Positions 20,290 through 29,572 are shown, counted from the stretch's first letter. The stretch: DNA of 64,000 nucleotides from Candidatus Magasanikiibacteriota bacterium (GCA_963802255.1 CAWDHY010000001.1:491842-555841), one strand, 5' to 3'. The notes: generated by a model from the letters alone, not told the origin. Numbers and translations are program-made.

Positions 20290-22791
20290 ATGCAAAAAAG
20301 GAAAATTAGCTATTTTGTTATAGCAATATTTTGTTTATTTTTCATTGCCTTACCCGTAATGGCAGGTTCACCAAGCGGAAATGATTGGTTCCAATTGTTG
20401 GCCTCTCCTTACACGGGCGCTGATAATACGGGTGATGGAGGGTCTGGTTCGGGAGATGACCTCAATTATTACTATGTCGGTCAAACTTGGACGCAGGCAA
20501 TACAAATTCGATCAGACAACACTGACGCGGCAAATATTTGGCTGGAACATGACGCTCTCTATACTACTTCCTCAAATCTTCTCACCGGTACATATTTTCC
20601 CAACTGGTCAGGCCAAACTGTTAGCGTGATTTCCGGCACGAATTTCAGAATCAAATCAACGGGATATCGTACAAGTGGGGTGTCTTCAGGCCTTGGTAAT
20701 TTCGGTTCAGTACAATTTACCGCAATTCGTCCTGCTACTGCAAATTATGGCACAAGTTCTCCTGCGGTCATAAATATCAACATCGGCACTGTAGGAAATA
20801 CTACTGAATCAAACATATCGTATCTTGGAACTGATATTTTAGACGACGCAGAAGATTTTAGTTTTCAAGTATGGGCTGACACGAAAAAGCCCTATGCTTT
20901 GAATCCGTCTCCCGGAAATGGCACATCCGGTATAGATGTGGACGCGCTTTACACATTTGACCTGCGCGATTCAAAAAATGGCGAGGGCGACAACTCCGGC
21001 GTTGGCACTGGCGTAGATACAGCCACACCACCGGGAATAATCACTTTTGACGACGGTGGCGGAGCAGTAAGTTACACCTCTTTTGATTCTTACAGCTGTT
21101 CCGGTATCTGGGGAACAAATTTATGCAATGTATCAATAAACCCAACCAGTCCGTCCGGAATAGCCGGAGATTCAAGAAATTGGGAATATAATACTTCATA
21201 CACTATAAATATTGGCGGTTTTCAAGATTACGCTTCTACAAATCAAGACCAGTTAGGCGACGCGAATGGTCCGAATACAGCGGACACAAAAACCTGGACA
21301 TTTATCACAGAAGCGGATACTGTCGCTCCTCGCGTTCAATCAGAAACACCGGCCAGGGGCTCATCGGGTAATAGCGTTTCCACAAATGTTACAGTTGAAA
21401 TAGTTGATAAAAAAACATATCCTGGGAATATTTCCGGCACTGGCGTCGCGCCAAGCACATGCCGGATAAGAATATCATCCCCATCTTTTTCTGCCACTGT
21501 TTACCAGCAAGGTTCAGGCGGTGTTACGGTAACGCCAATTGATTATGGTTATAGTTTTGTCATCAATCCGGCCAGCGATTTTGCCCAAAATGAAACCGTC
21601 TCTGTTAGTGTATATGATTGTCAGGATCTGGCATCAAATACTATGGTTACAGACAATTACACTTTTTCAACCGCTGATTCTGATAGGCCTTATGTTGACA
21701 CTTTGAATCCGGCTAACGACGCGACTATTTCAGAAACAGACAATATTTCATTTCATATTAAAGACGATGGCACAGGAGTTGATATAACCAAGACCGTCGT
21801 CTATCTAAACGGCATTTATTATACCAACAGCGGTGGAGCCGGACAGGTTACGGTTAATGATACGAGAATAACCTTTGCATCCAGTTTAAATTTTAATGGC
21901 GGTAATTATGGAGGCGATACGACCGCTCGTACCGGCTCGGCAAACGATTACGCCATTACTATTGATCCGCAAGCCAATTTTGCTACCGGCGAGGCGGTGC
22001 CGATTATAATATATTCCGAAGATACCACGGGTAATCTTATGGAGAGATTTGTCTATGCCGTTGCCACAACCGGTGGAAGTTGTCCTTCAGGCTCAACATA
22101 CTGCGGGGCAAATACTTCCTGGGATGCGGGATTGCTTCAATGCACCGGAACTGGCGGAGGAGGTGGGAGCTGTGGTGGAACAGGCGGAGGAACGACTCCC
22201 CTGTCTATCAACCCGTTAAATGTTACTGCCACGCAAGTTGACGAAGATACAGTGCTCGTCGTTTGGTACACGAGCAAACCGGCAAGCGGAAGAGTGATTT
22301 ATGGGTTAAACTCCCCCGCTGAATATGGAACTTCGCCAAATTATAATTATCCTTATTCAACAGCGGAAAACAGCGAAGAGACCATCTATCATTCAATGAT
22401 GGTAAACGGGTTGTCACCGGGCCAAATTTATTATTTCAGACCGGTCAGTAAAAGCGGGAGTGAAGAATTGAGGGGTCCGGAAGTGCAAATGGCGGTTCGT
22501 TTTGGAACTGAGCAGATTACGGTTCCTTGTGAAGAAAAGACAATCACCTGTCCGACTTGCCCTGTCTGCCAGAAAACAACAGTTCCGACAACTCGCCCGC
22601 CAGCGACAACGCCCGTGACACCGGTACAGCCACCGTCAGTGATTTCACCGCCAGTGGTTGATACAATTACTAAATCACTTATTAAAATATTGAATATTCA
22701 AATTCAGGGTGCCGAACAAACAGAAACCGATAAAATTTGGATAAATGGAAGCAGTATTCCTTCAATTAAAATAAAGATGATTATATATTAG
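20290..22791 (+). CDS. large secreted surface protein: signal peptide, multiple bacterial Ig-like (SbsA-type) repeats, C-terminal FN3 domain and Pro/Thr-rich tail
   Basis: Signal peptide 'MQKRKISYFVIAIFCLFFIALPVMAGS'. Repeated modules such as 'DRPYVDTLNPANDATISETDNISFHIKDDGTGVDITKTVVYLNG'. FN3 module 'VTATQVDEDTVLVVWYTSKPASGRVIYG...GLSPGQIYYFRPVS'. Then 'TTRPPATTPVTPVQPP'. Confidence 0.6.
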   Translation: MQKRKISYFVIAIFCLFFIALPVMAGSPSGNDWFQLLASPYTGADNTGDGGSGSGDDLNYYYVGQTWTQAIQIRSDNTDAANIWLEHDALYTTSSNLLTGTYFPNWSGQTVSVISGTNFRIKSTGYRTSGVSSGLGNFGSVQFTAIRPATANYGTSSPAVININIGTVGNTTESNISYLGTDILDDAEDFSFQVWADTKKPYALNPSPGNGTSGIDVDALYTFDLRDSKNGEGDNSGVGTGVDTATPPGIITFDDGGGAVSYTSFDSYSCSGIWGTNLCNVSINPTSPSGIAGDSRNWEYNTSYTINIGGFQDYASTNQDQLGDANGPNTADTKTWTFITEADTVAPRVQSETPARGSSGNSVSTNVTVEIVDKKTYPGNISGTGVAPSTCRIRISSPSFSATVYQQGSGGVTVTPIDYGYSFVINPASDFAQNETVSVSVYDCQDLASNTMVTDNYTFSTADSDRPYVDTLNPANDATISETDNISFHIKDDGTGVDITKTVVYLNGIYYTNSGGAGQVTVNDTRITFASSLNFNGGNYGGDTTARTGSANDYAITIDPQANFATGEAVPIIIYSEDTTGNLMERFVYAVATTGGSCPSGSTYCGANTSWDAGLLQCTGTGGGGGSCGGTGGGTTPLSINPLNVTATQVDEDTVLVVWYTSKPASGRVIYGLNSPAEYGTSPNYNYPYSTAENSEETIYHSMMVNGLSPGQIYYFRPVSKSGSEELRGPEVQMAVRFGTEQITVPCEEKTITCPTCPVCQKTTVPTTRPPATTPVTPVQPPSVISPPVVDTITKSLIKILNIQIQGAEQTETDKIWINGSSIPSIKIKMIIY

Positions 22792-22792
22792 T

Positions 22793-23830
22793 ATGAGTCA
22801 AACAGAAAATACATCTCAACCTCAAGAATATCAACTTCAAAGCGACCCGGAAGGAAATTGGCTGATTAAAATTGATAATAATTTATCCGCCGGAGCACAT
22901 GTTGTTTCTGTTGAAGATGAAAATGGAAACACCGACCAGGCGATGATGTATGTGGTAAAAGAAGCCGGCACAGTGCAAAAAGAAGTATCGGTAATAGATA
23001 GAGTTACGGAAACTGTTCCCGGATTTTTTTGGTGGATATTGTGGCTCTTGGTTCTTGCTATCGCTCTATTATCCGCATATCTTTTGCGCGTTTCCAGGAA
23101 GGCGGACAATTTGGAAAATATCATGCCTCAGGAAACGAAACACAATTATGCGATAAAAGCGCTTATTCTCACGATTTTGGCCTTTATCTGTGTCCTGATT
23201 ACGGGCATATACATCAACCGTCAGACAAATTTCCTTTCTCGTTTTATGTCAAAAAATCAGGAACCGGTGGTGATTAATGAATTATCAGGTCAGATAGTCG
23301 CTCCATTTACCGGCATCGGTGTCGGCGGGGTTGATGTATCAAGCGGAGAAACATCCATAAGGACTTCCGGCTCGGGCTCGTTTATCTTCAGCAATGTCGC
23401 TCAGGAAACAGGCGTTAAAATTACATATTCTTCATTATTGCGTCCGATTGTCTTTATCCCTTCGGTCGGTCAGGATAAACAGCATTTGAATATATATTTT
23501 GACGCTGAGATGTATAACATCCTCTTTAGAGTGATGGACGCCGAGGCGCGCGGACAGATTAGAGATGTTTATACCAAATATGCTTCAAAACAAATCAAGG
23601 AATTAAATAACGAAAATCTTTTCACCACAAACTACAATACCGCTCTGACACCGGAAAATGTTAACGATCAGGAGCTTGTGGTTGTGAAGAATGAAATTGT
23701 GGATAACTACTCGGTGGATAGGTATGATATTGATTTTTCTAAGGTTGTACTGATAACTGTAAATATTCACGGTAAAAACGAGGTCTACGCGCTCGCGCTT
23801 GAGGACAATGAATGGAAGCTGGTGAAATAA
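22793..23830 (+). CDS. membrane protein of unknown function, translationally coupled to the large surface protein
   Basis: Its start is 1 nt after the stop of the upstream gene. Two hydrophobic helices ('FFWWILWLLVLAIALLSAYLL', 'ALILTILAFICVLITGIYI'). No recognisable family. Confidence 0.5.
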   Translation: MSQTENTSQPQEYQLQSDPEGNWLIKIDNNLSAGAHVVSVEDENGNTDQAMMYVVKEAGTVQKEVSVIDRVTETVPGFFWWILWLLVLAIALLSAYLLRVSRKADNLENIMPQETKHNYAIKALILTILAFICVLITGIYINRQTNFLSRFMSKNQEPVVINELSGQIVAPFTGIGVGGVDVSSGETSIRTSGSGSFIFSNVAQETGVKITYSSLLRPIVFIPSVGQDKQHLNIYFDAEMYNILFRVMDAEARGQIRDVYTKYASKQIKELNNENLFTTNYNTALTPENVNDQELVVVKNEIVDNYSVDRYDIDFSKVVLITVNIHGKNEVYALALEDNEWKLVK

Positions 23831-23844
23831 TAAAAAATCAAAAT

Positions 23845-23875
23845 AAAAAACGGCCACATGTGGCCGTTTTTTTAA
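23845..23875. terminator. bidirectional rho-independent terminator
   Basis: 'aaaaaacGGCCACatgtGGCCGttttttt' between convergent genes. Confidence 0.7.
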
Positions 23876-23890
23876 TAATATAAAAATTTA

Positions 23891-24550
23891 TTACCTATCA
23901 CCTTCTACATCAAGATTCTTCATGAGCAAACTCAAATCAACTGAATTAACAACAGTATCCTGATTCAAATTTTCTCTAACATCATTACCAGTCGCGTCAT
24001 CTTGATCTAGGTGACGCAATAAGAGGGATAAATCTACTGAATTAACCACATCATCGCCTAAAGTAGTGGTAGAATTGCCTATATCATTAATATCGCCGGC
24101 TAACAGGCGTATGGGACCAAATGATGATGAATTATCCGCCTGGGTAAAATTTAGTGTGTTTGTCGCGTTATCAACCAGCGTTATATCATTTAATTTTCGT
24201 GATAAATGCTGCCAGCCCTTAATACAGACATCGTATGTACCGGATGCGACATTAAAAGGAATTAATGTCAGATATTCACCGGCAACCGTGGTTGTGGCCA
24301 GCTCATCCATTGAATCAAGTATCACATCATCCCCGTCCGTAGCAGTACGGACTGTAATATAAAAATTTGTTTCCCAATTAGTGCTGGACGCACCGGATCG
24401 CCCTTCCGGAATTGCCCATTGGACTACTGCCGAAGTGGAACTGTCTACATAAAGATAAACATCATATTCAGCGGCAATAACATTAGCCGTTCCGGCTATA
24501 AGGAGCAGTGTTAAAGCGATAATAAGTGATTTATTGCTTCCGATTCCCAT
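23891..24550 (-). CDS. secreted protein with C-terminal dockerin-like (EF-hand-type Ca-binding) repeat pair
   Basis: Probable signal peptide from 'MGIGSNKSLIIALTLLLIAGTANVIAAEY'. The C-terminus has two dockerin-type segments, 'GDINDIGNSTTTLGDDVVNSVDLSLLLRHL' and 'GNDVRENLNQDTVVNSVDLSLLMKNL'. Confidence 0.5.
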   Translation of the reverse strand: MGIGSNKSLIIALTLLLIAGTANVIAAEYDVYLYVDSSTSAVVQWAIPEGRSGASSTNWETNFYITVRTATDGDDVILDSMDELATTTVAGEYLTLIPFNVASGTYDVCIKGWQHLSRKLNDITLVDNATNTLNFTQADNSSSFGPIRLLAGDINDIGNSTTTLGDDVVNSVDLSLLLRHLDQDDATGNDVRENLNQDTVVNSVDLSLLMKNLDVEGDR

Positions 24551-24551
24551 A

Positions 24552-25328
24552 TTAGTTGACGTAAGCAGTGATGATAAAATGACCATGATAAACACCTGAC
24601 GGTTGATTATAGTCAGGATTTACTTCGGCTTTCAAATTAATCGTAGTAGTAACAAAACTTACATTAGCGGCACTGGATCGGCTTAATGTTAAAGCTGAAG
24701 TGGTAAATTTATCCCAGCATTTTCCGGGTGTATCAACACCACCCGAATAATTACAGGTGTCAGAACCATTATCCAGGAAACGTTGGATTATATCATCTCC
24801 TTCGGGGGAAAAACCAAAACCAGCGCTAGTCGTGGTGAAGGCCCAGTCAAAGTCCGGGTCCGAGCCAACGGAGGAATAATCCGGAAAAGTAGTAGATGCA
24901 TCAATCTGGAGAGAGGGCGAAGTTGATGCAGTAATTTGTAATGAATAGCCGGTTGTGTTATCTGTTAAAACAGCTAAATTTACAGAGCCCGTAGCAGTAC
25001 CACCTGTCATCCCGGGAATATTCATTAAAATTGTTGAAGTTGTATCAATAGAAAGTGTGATTTGTGCCTCCTGATCCATTTGCTGATAACCGGCACTTAA
25101 ACTGAATATATCGCTGTATGACCAACCGGTTGCTATTTCTCCCAGAGTATCCTCTTCAATAAAACTATCGCTTGTTCCTAATCCACCGCCAAAATTAACA
25201 GAGTCCCTTTCAATTTTCCAGCTATCACTCTCCATTACAGACCCAAAAACCGGCGTTACAAAAACGCCGGTTAGAAGTATCATTGCTACAACAAAACAAA
25301 TTTTTATAGGTCTATTATACCGCATCAT
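24552..25328 (-). CDS. secreted WxL-like domain protein (paralog of 26465..27079)
   Basis: Probable start 'MMRYNRPIKICFVVAMILLTGVFVTPVFG' (ORF-track start 25397 is an out-of-frame read-through). Shares 'GMTGGTATG', a mid motif 'TGYSLQITAS' and C-terminal 'QPSGVYHGHFIITAYVN' with the paralog. These resemble WxL motifs 1 and 2. Confidence 0.4.
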   Translation of the reverse strand: MMRYNRPIKICFVVAMILLTGVFVTPVFGSVMESDSWKIERDSVNFGGGLGTSDSFIEEDTLGEIATGWSYSDIFSLSAGYQQMDQEAQITLSIDTTSTILMNIPGMTGGTATGSVNLAVLTDNTTGYSLQITASTSPSLQIDASTTFPDYSSVGSDPDFDWAFTTTSAGFGFSPEGDDIIQRFLDNGSDTCNYSGGVDTPGKCWDKFTTSALTLSRSSAANVSFVTTTINLKAEVNPDYNQPSGVYHGHFIITAYVN

Positions 25329-25334
25329 AACACT

Positions 25335-26383
25335 ATGATTGCGGCGGCGTATCATTAGTTGATGTATTATTCTTTTTTTTGCCGCCTTTATATTCAAAGT
25401 TTTTCTTAAACCATTTTCTGATACCTCTGATAATTACTAACAATAGGAATAATCCGCCAAGAATTATGGCAATTACTTTCCAAGGTAGCACCCAAAAGGC
25501 AACAGTTTTTGTATCAATTTGGTTTCCATATCCGCGATTTAAAGATATTTTGGCTTTATATCGCCCTATTGTTAATTCCCGGTCCCATGTTTTTGTCTCT
25601 GACTCTTTCAGAGTTAGGCATTACATAATATGGGTCAATTGAAATCTGTTCAACCATCATGCCATAGAGATTTGTTATTTCAACAACTCCATAAGGGGTA
25701 TTATATACATTTCCACTATTTTCGTATGACCAATTAAAATTAACCGGAGCACTCCTATACCACCTATTATCGGACTTAAAAGATTTTAAGACACCTTCTT
25801 CTTTTACATCGCCCGGAATGCGGATAAAAAATAAGTTAGCAATACGGGTTTCATAACTGACGCCACCCCTTACTTCTTCTTCCTTAAGGCGTTCTTCTTC
25901 AAGCGGGTCCATTGACTCATAGGAAAACATTATAGCGCCATAAAGACCGCCCGGCTGGGCATCCATCGGAATAGAAATAACGACCGGTATATTTGCTCTA
26001 TCGCCTGGTTGAAGTACGATTTCATAAGTATCTAAAGTGATATAATCCTTTAATGAATACGGACCTTTTTCATCGCCTAAAAATTTAATAAGCTCACCCA
26101 GTTTATCAGGTGATGTAAAATCTTCAACCTTGAGAATAAACCTCATTTGTTGTTGAAAACGATTAGTAATCGTAACATTCTTAACTGATGTTTCGCCTGG
26201 TTTAATTACCATCTCGGTTTTTCCCGGACTCACCACAAAATCATCTTTAATGGGAGTATCCTTAATCTGATCTATTGTGTAAATTCGTTCAATCGTCGTA
26301 GCTTTCGCTACCGGAATTATTGAAGGAAGCGCAAACACACATACAGTGATAAATAATCCTAATATTCTTTTACTCTTACTCAT
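25335..26383 (-). pseudogene. DUF916-like (WxL-cluster associated) cell-surface protein; C-terminal TM anchor displaced into another frame by a frameshift near 25556-25580
   Basis: Signal peptide 'MSKSKRILGLFITVCVFALPSIIPVAKA'. The body 'FVVSPGKTEMVIKPGETSVKNVTITNR...MRFILKVEDF' is chaperone/MSP-like. The annotated frame stops at 25556 ('...NNRAI*'). The adjacent frame continues with '...ISLNRGYGNQIDTKTVAFWVLPWKVIAIILGGLFLLLVIIRGIRKWFKKNFEYKGGKKKNNTSTNDTPPQS*', a textbook TM anchor plus basic tail. Confidence 0.45.
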
Positions 26384-26464
26384 ATTGATTGAATATTATA
26401 TAAATAATTTATTTAATTACCCAGATGCCCCAATTTTGGGGCATCCGGATAGTAAATAAATATA

Positions 26465-27079
26465 CTATTTCATTGCTGCTGTTAATGTGACATGAGCCGT
26501 ATAAGGCCCGGATGGTTGGTCGCCATCAGCAGCCACTACAGCTTGGTAATACATGGTCGTTGACGTCCCTCCCCCTGGGCCAGGAATAGTAGCGTTATGA
26601 TCTGATCCCTCGTTAACCAAAGCATCAGATGTTGTTAACGGGAAATAGTAAGAACTATTGGTAGTGGCACCAAAGCAAGCACCTGACGCACAAGCCCATG
26701 CTCCCGCACTGATATTCGCGAAAGAATGCCCTGCCGCGATACCAGTTCCTTGCATTGCAGTATCATTTCCTGCTTTTGCGTTTAATGTCCAACCAGTACT
26801 ATTGTTTGTATATACGGTACAAGCTCTATTGCCTGTAGCTGTTCCGCCGGTCATACCTAAGATGTTCGGCGTCATATAAAGGGTTGATGTTGTGCAATCC
26901 AAAGCAATTTCACCATCAACACCTAACGTTACATCATATTCGCAACTTGGTGGATAACCAACGGATGACGTTGAATACGGTCCGTAGTCATAAGCTTTAG
27001 ATGTCGCACCCTCAAGTAACATAAATCCATTGAATGCAACAATCGCAAATCCTACAACGATTCCTAAAATTTTCTTCAT
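26465..27079 (-). CDS. secreted WxL-like domain protein (paralog of 24552..25328)
   Basis: Signal peptide 'MKKILGIVVGFAIVAFNGFMLL'. Has 'GMTGGTATG', 'STGWTLNAKAG' (WxL-like motif) and C-terminal 'QPSGPYTAHVTLTAAMK'. Confidence 0.4.
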   Translation of the reverse strand: MKKILGIVVGFAIVAFNGFMLLEGATSKAYDYGPYSTSSVGYPPSCEYDVTLGVDGEIALDCTTSTLYMTPNILGMTGGTATGNRACTVYTNNSTGWTLNAKAGNDTAMQGTGIAAGHSFANISAGAWACASGACFGATTNSSYYFPLTTSDALVNEGSDHNATIPGPGGGTSTTMYYQAVVAADGDQPSGPYTAHVTLTAAMK

Positions 27080-27287
27080 ATATAATTTATAATTTATTCG
27101 TTAAGCTGGCGTTAATTAACTGTCGACGGTTTAACTATGCCAGCACTTATTTTTTGGCCTCGACCTTTATATGTGACCATATTTTATATGCTTATATTAT
27201 AGCATTTTTTGACGTTTTATATAAGATTTTATCAAGAGCCTACATGTGGATAACTAAACATAATATTTATTCAAAAATAACTCCCCC

Positions 27288-27319
27288 TTGATTTAATAAA
27301 ACAAATGTGTTATTATAAT
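27288..27319 (+). promoter_or_regulatory. sigma70-type promoter (TTGATT-17-TATTAT with TGn extended -10)
   Basis: 'TTGATTtaataaaacaaatgTGtTATTATaat', about 30 nt upstream of the small basic ORF. Confidence 0.45.
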
Positions 27320-27350
27320 ATCCAGTTAAAAAATTCAAGCAAAACTCATT

Positions 27351-27464
27351 ATGAATAGCGCGCTTAAATCCCGCATAAAACATGCCCGAAAAAACACAAA
27401 AATGGGTAAAAAACTGCGGTCACAAACCAAAAAATTGAGAGAAAAACGCAAAGTCAACTATTAA
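27351..27464 (+). CDS. 37-aa highly basic small protein (ribosomal-protein-like or nucleic-acid-binding composition), own promoter and terminator
   Basis: 'MNSALKSRIKHARKNTKMGKKLRSQTKKLREKRKVNY', with 16 of 37 residues K or R. The stop is immediately followed by a strong terminator. Confidence 0.35.
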   Translation: MNSALKSRIKHARKNTKMGKKLRSQTKKLREKRKVNY

Positions 27465-27497
27465 AAAATACCCTGTAAATACAGGGTATTTTTATTA
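27464..27497. terminator. bidirectional rho-independent terminator
   Basis: 'aaaaaaTACCCTGTAaaTACAGGGTAttttt'. Also terminates the minus-strand gene that ends at 27506. Confidence 0.7.
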
Positions 27498-27505
27498 TTT
27501 TTGCC

Positions 27506-28033
27506 TTATTCAACCTCAATTTTTGCCGTATTTATCCCGTCGCACATAATATAATTGGTACCCGCCGTTTTTGCTGTGGCGATTACGAAACCATAGGCGC
27601 CGATATGATATGACGCTGTACCGACTTTTATGGTATGGGCTTTTCCATCCCGGTTGTCCAACATAAACGAACTTCCCTTTTTAATTATCATTGTCCCTGG
27701 AGTTGCTCGTCCGTTAATAAATTGAAAACGGTATCCTGAAGCGCTGTAAATCTTTAATGCGTTTGTGTATGAGAGCGTAGCTGCTCCCGGCGCCTTTACA
27801 GCGGGTTGGGTAGTCGTTTTGGTGGTCTTTGTCGTTGTCGCAACTGTCGAGGTTGTTGATGTCGCCATGTCTTCTGTTGTGGAAGTTGTGTCTGATGTTT
27901 CTTCCCCCATTTGCTCAGTCTGTGTGTTATCATTTGATGCGGGCGCGTTTTTTCTTGATGTGAAGGCAAATACACCTAGTACTAACACTGCCACAGCTAT
28001 AGCAACAATCGCAATGATTTTATTTTTTTCCAT
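27506..28033 (-). CDS. membrane-anchored Thr-rich secreted protein of unknown function
   Basis: N-terminal TM 'IIAIVAIAVAVLVLGVFAF', Thr-rich linker 'TSTTSTVATTTKTTKTTTQP', about 100-aa C-terminal globular domain. Confidence 0.5.
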   Translation of the reverse strand: MEKNKIIAIVAIAVAVLVLGVFAFTSRKNAPASNDNTQTEQMGEETSDTTSTTEDMATSTTSTVATTTKTTKTTTQPAVKAPGAATLSYTNALKIYSASGYRFQFINGRATPGTMIIKKGSSFMLDNRDGKAHTIKVGTASYHIGAYGFVIATAKTAGTNYIMCDGINTAKIEVE

Positions 28034-28046
28034 AATTATAGGCTAT

Positions 28047-29417
28047 TTAAAGTGATACTTGAATTTCGTTTGAATATACCCCGCATTTACCTCCGAGATA
28101 TTCACAAACTCTTACATAGTATAGCCCATCACCATCAAAAGCGTCAATTGTGGCAGAGGTTGCGTTCGGGTCAGTCAAGTACTGATATTTATCACCATCA
28201 CGGCAGGGATATGTCGGGTGGGTATTTTTAGAATAGACCACTTTAAAGCCCTGGTCTGAATATCCACTCACCCGCCATAATACTTGACCACTGCCCAGAG
28301 ATGAAACGCTGATTGAGCTTACCGCGTCACTTTTTTCTGTGACTGCCTCTTTTTCCGCAGTAGGCGCTGTAACTTTGATATTATTGCTATATACGCCACA
28401 TTTACCGCCTAAATACTGGCATACGCGGAAATAATAGGTTTTACCATCGGTTATAGCCCATTTGTACGATCTGACACCGCTTTCGGACAGATAAATATAG
28501 TCATTACCCGGATAAACTGGATTTATTGAGGTGCTTTTAACGAGTTTAAAGCCATTCGGTGAACTGACATTTTTTACCGACCAGCTCAAACTTACCCCAC
28601 CGGCAACCGCTTTGGCTGATAATGTGATACCACTCGCCACTGTTTCAACCGGTTTTTCAGTGGATACAGGTTTTTCTTCTTCTGCTATTTTTTCTGTGGA
28701 TGTTTCAGCAGTGTCTTCTGTAGCTGAAATTTCTTCTGTCATTTTTGCGTCTTCAGCTTCGTTCCATTTAACAAACGCATCCTTGTCAGCAGTGGCAATC
28801 TTTACAAATACTTTTTCAGCCTTCTTGTTATCGGAGTTAAGCACATAATATTTATTGCCCTGTTCAACAAGTATTTCTCCCTCCCCTACTCCGATAATTT
28901 TTACTTTGTTTTCATAAACTTCAACGCCTTTAATTTTTTCCTCGTTGATTGTCTTGTAAGCAGTGCCAACCGACTGATAGGTAGCGCCTGCAGACGCCAC
29001 TTCAAAAATACGTTCTGATTTAACAACGCGGGTATATGCCTGGCCTTTATTATTTGTAATCACAAAATGATCCGGGTCCAAACTGGTGAGCGTGACGGAC
29101 GAGTTGCTATTCAAGCGGATAGCACTGCCGTCGTCCAGATTGATAATTGCCTTGCCCGCCCCGATTATTTCCACTGAATCGCCTTCTTTTAGACTGGTAT
29201 CAGCGCTTGCGCGAGTCCACGCTCCATCGCCAGACTTGTATTCTACCGAGCCTTCAACAAATATGATTTGTGCGCCTACGGTTGTCGCCATCTGGTTTTC
29301 AGTCGGTGCCTGCACTTTTTCCGGCCTGGTATAGTAATAAAATACGCCCAGAACAGCCGCCAGAAATACAAAAAATATTATCCGGCCGGTTGTCCCGTTT
29401 GTTTGTGTTTTGTCCAT
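28047..29417 (-). CDS. membrane-anchored protein with FecR-like domain and two tandem approx. 85-aa Cys-containing C-terminal repeats
   Basis: N-terminal TM. The FecR-like segment is 'IIGAGKAIINLDDGSAIRLNSNSSVTLTS'. The two repeats each end with 'YYFRVCQYLGGKCGVYSNNIKVT' / 'YYVRVCEYLGGKCGVYSNEIQVS'. Confidence 0.45.
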   Translation of the reverse strand: MDKTQTNGTTGRIIFFVFLAAVLGVFYYYTRPEKVQAPTENQMATTVGAQIIFVEGSVEYKSGDGAWTRASADTSLKEGDSVEIIGAGKAIINLDDGSAIRLNSNSSVTLTSLDPDHFVITNNKGQAYTRVVKSERIFEVASAGATYQSVGTAYKTINEEKIKGVEVYENKVKIIGVGEGEILVEQGNKYYVLNSDNKKAEKVFVKIATADKDAFVKWNEAEDAKMTEEISATEDTAETSTEKIAEEEKPVSTEKPVETVASGITLSAKAVAGGVSLSWSVKNVSSPNGFKLVKSTSINPVYPGNDYIYLSESGVRSYKWAITDGKTYYFRVCQYLGGKCGVYSNNIKVTAPTAEKEAVTEKSDAVSSISVSSLGSGQVLWRVSGYSDQGFKVVYSKNTHPTYPCRDGDKYQYLTDPNATSATIDAFDGDGLYYVRVCEYLGGKCGVYSNEIQVSL

Positions 29418-29495
29418 ACGGGTTAAATTAATAAATTATTCACTATTTTAGGATATCATAAATTTTAGCGATGTCCAAGCATATCTTGACTGCCG

Positions 29496-29524
29496 GGAGA
29501 TTTTGTACTATGATATTTACGATT
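29496..29524 (+). promoter_or_regulatory. near-consensus sigma70 promoter for tRNA-Asn (TTGACT-17-TATGAT)
   Basis: 'TTGACTgccgggagattttgtacTATGAT'. The tRNA starts about 15 nt downstream. Confidence 0.6.
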
Positions 29525-29572
29525 CTTTCACAATTTATTCCGGGGTAGCGCAGCGGTAGCGCAGTTGACTGT

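Noticed and set aside
25379-25642. 87-aa plus-strand ORF
   Set aside because: Antisense to the frameshifted C-terminal anchor region of the DUF916-like gene.
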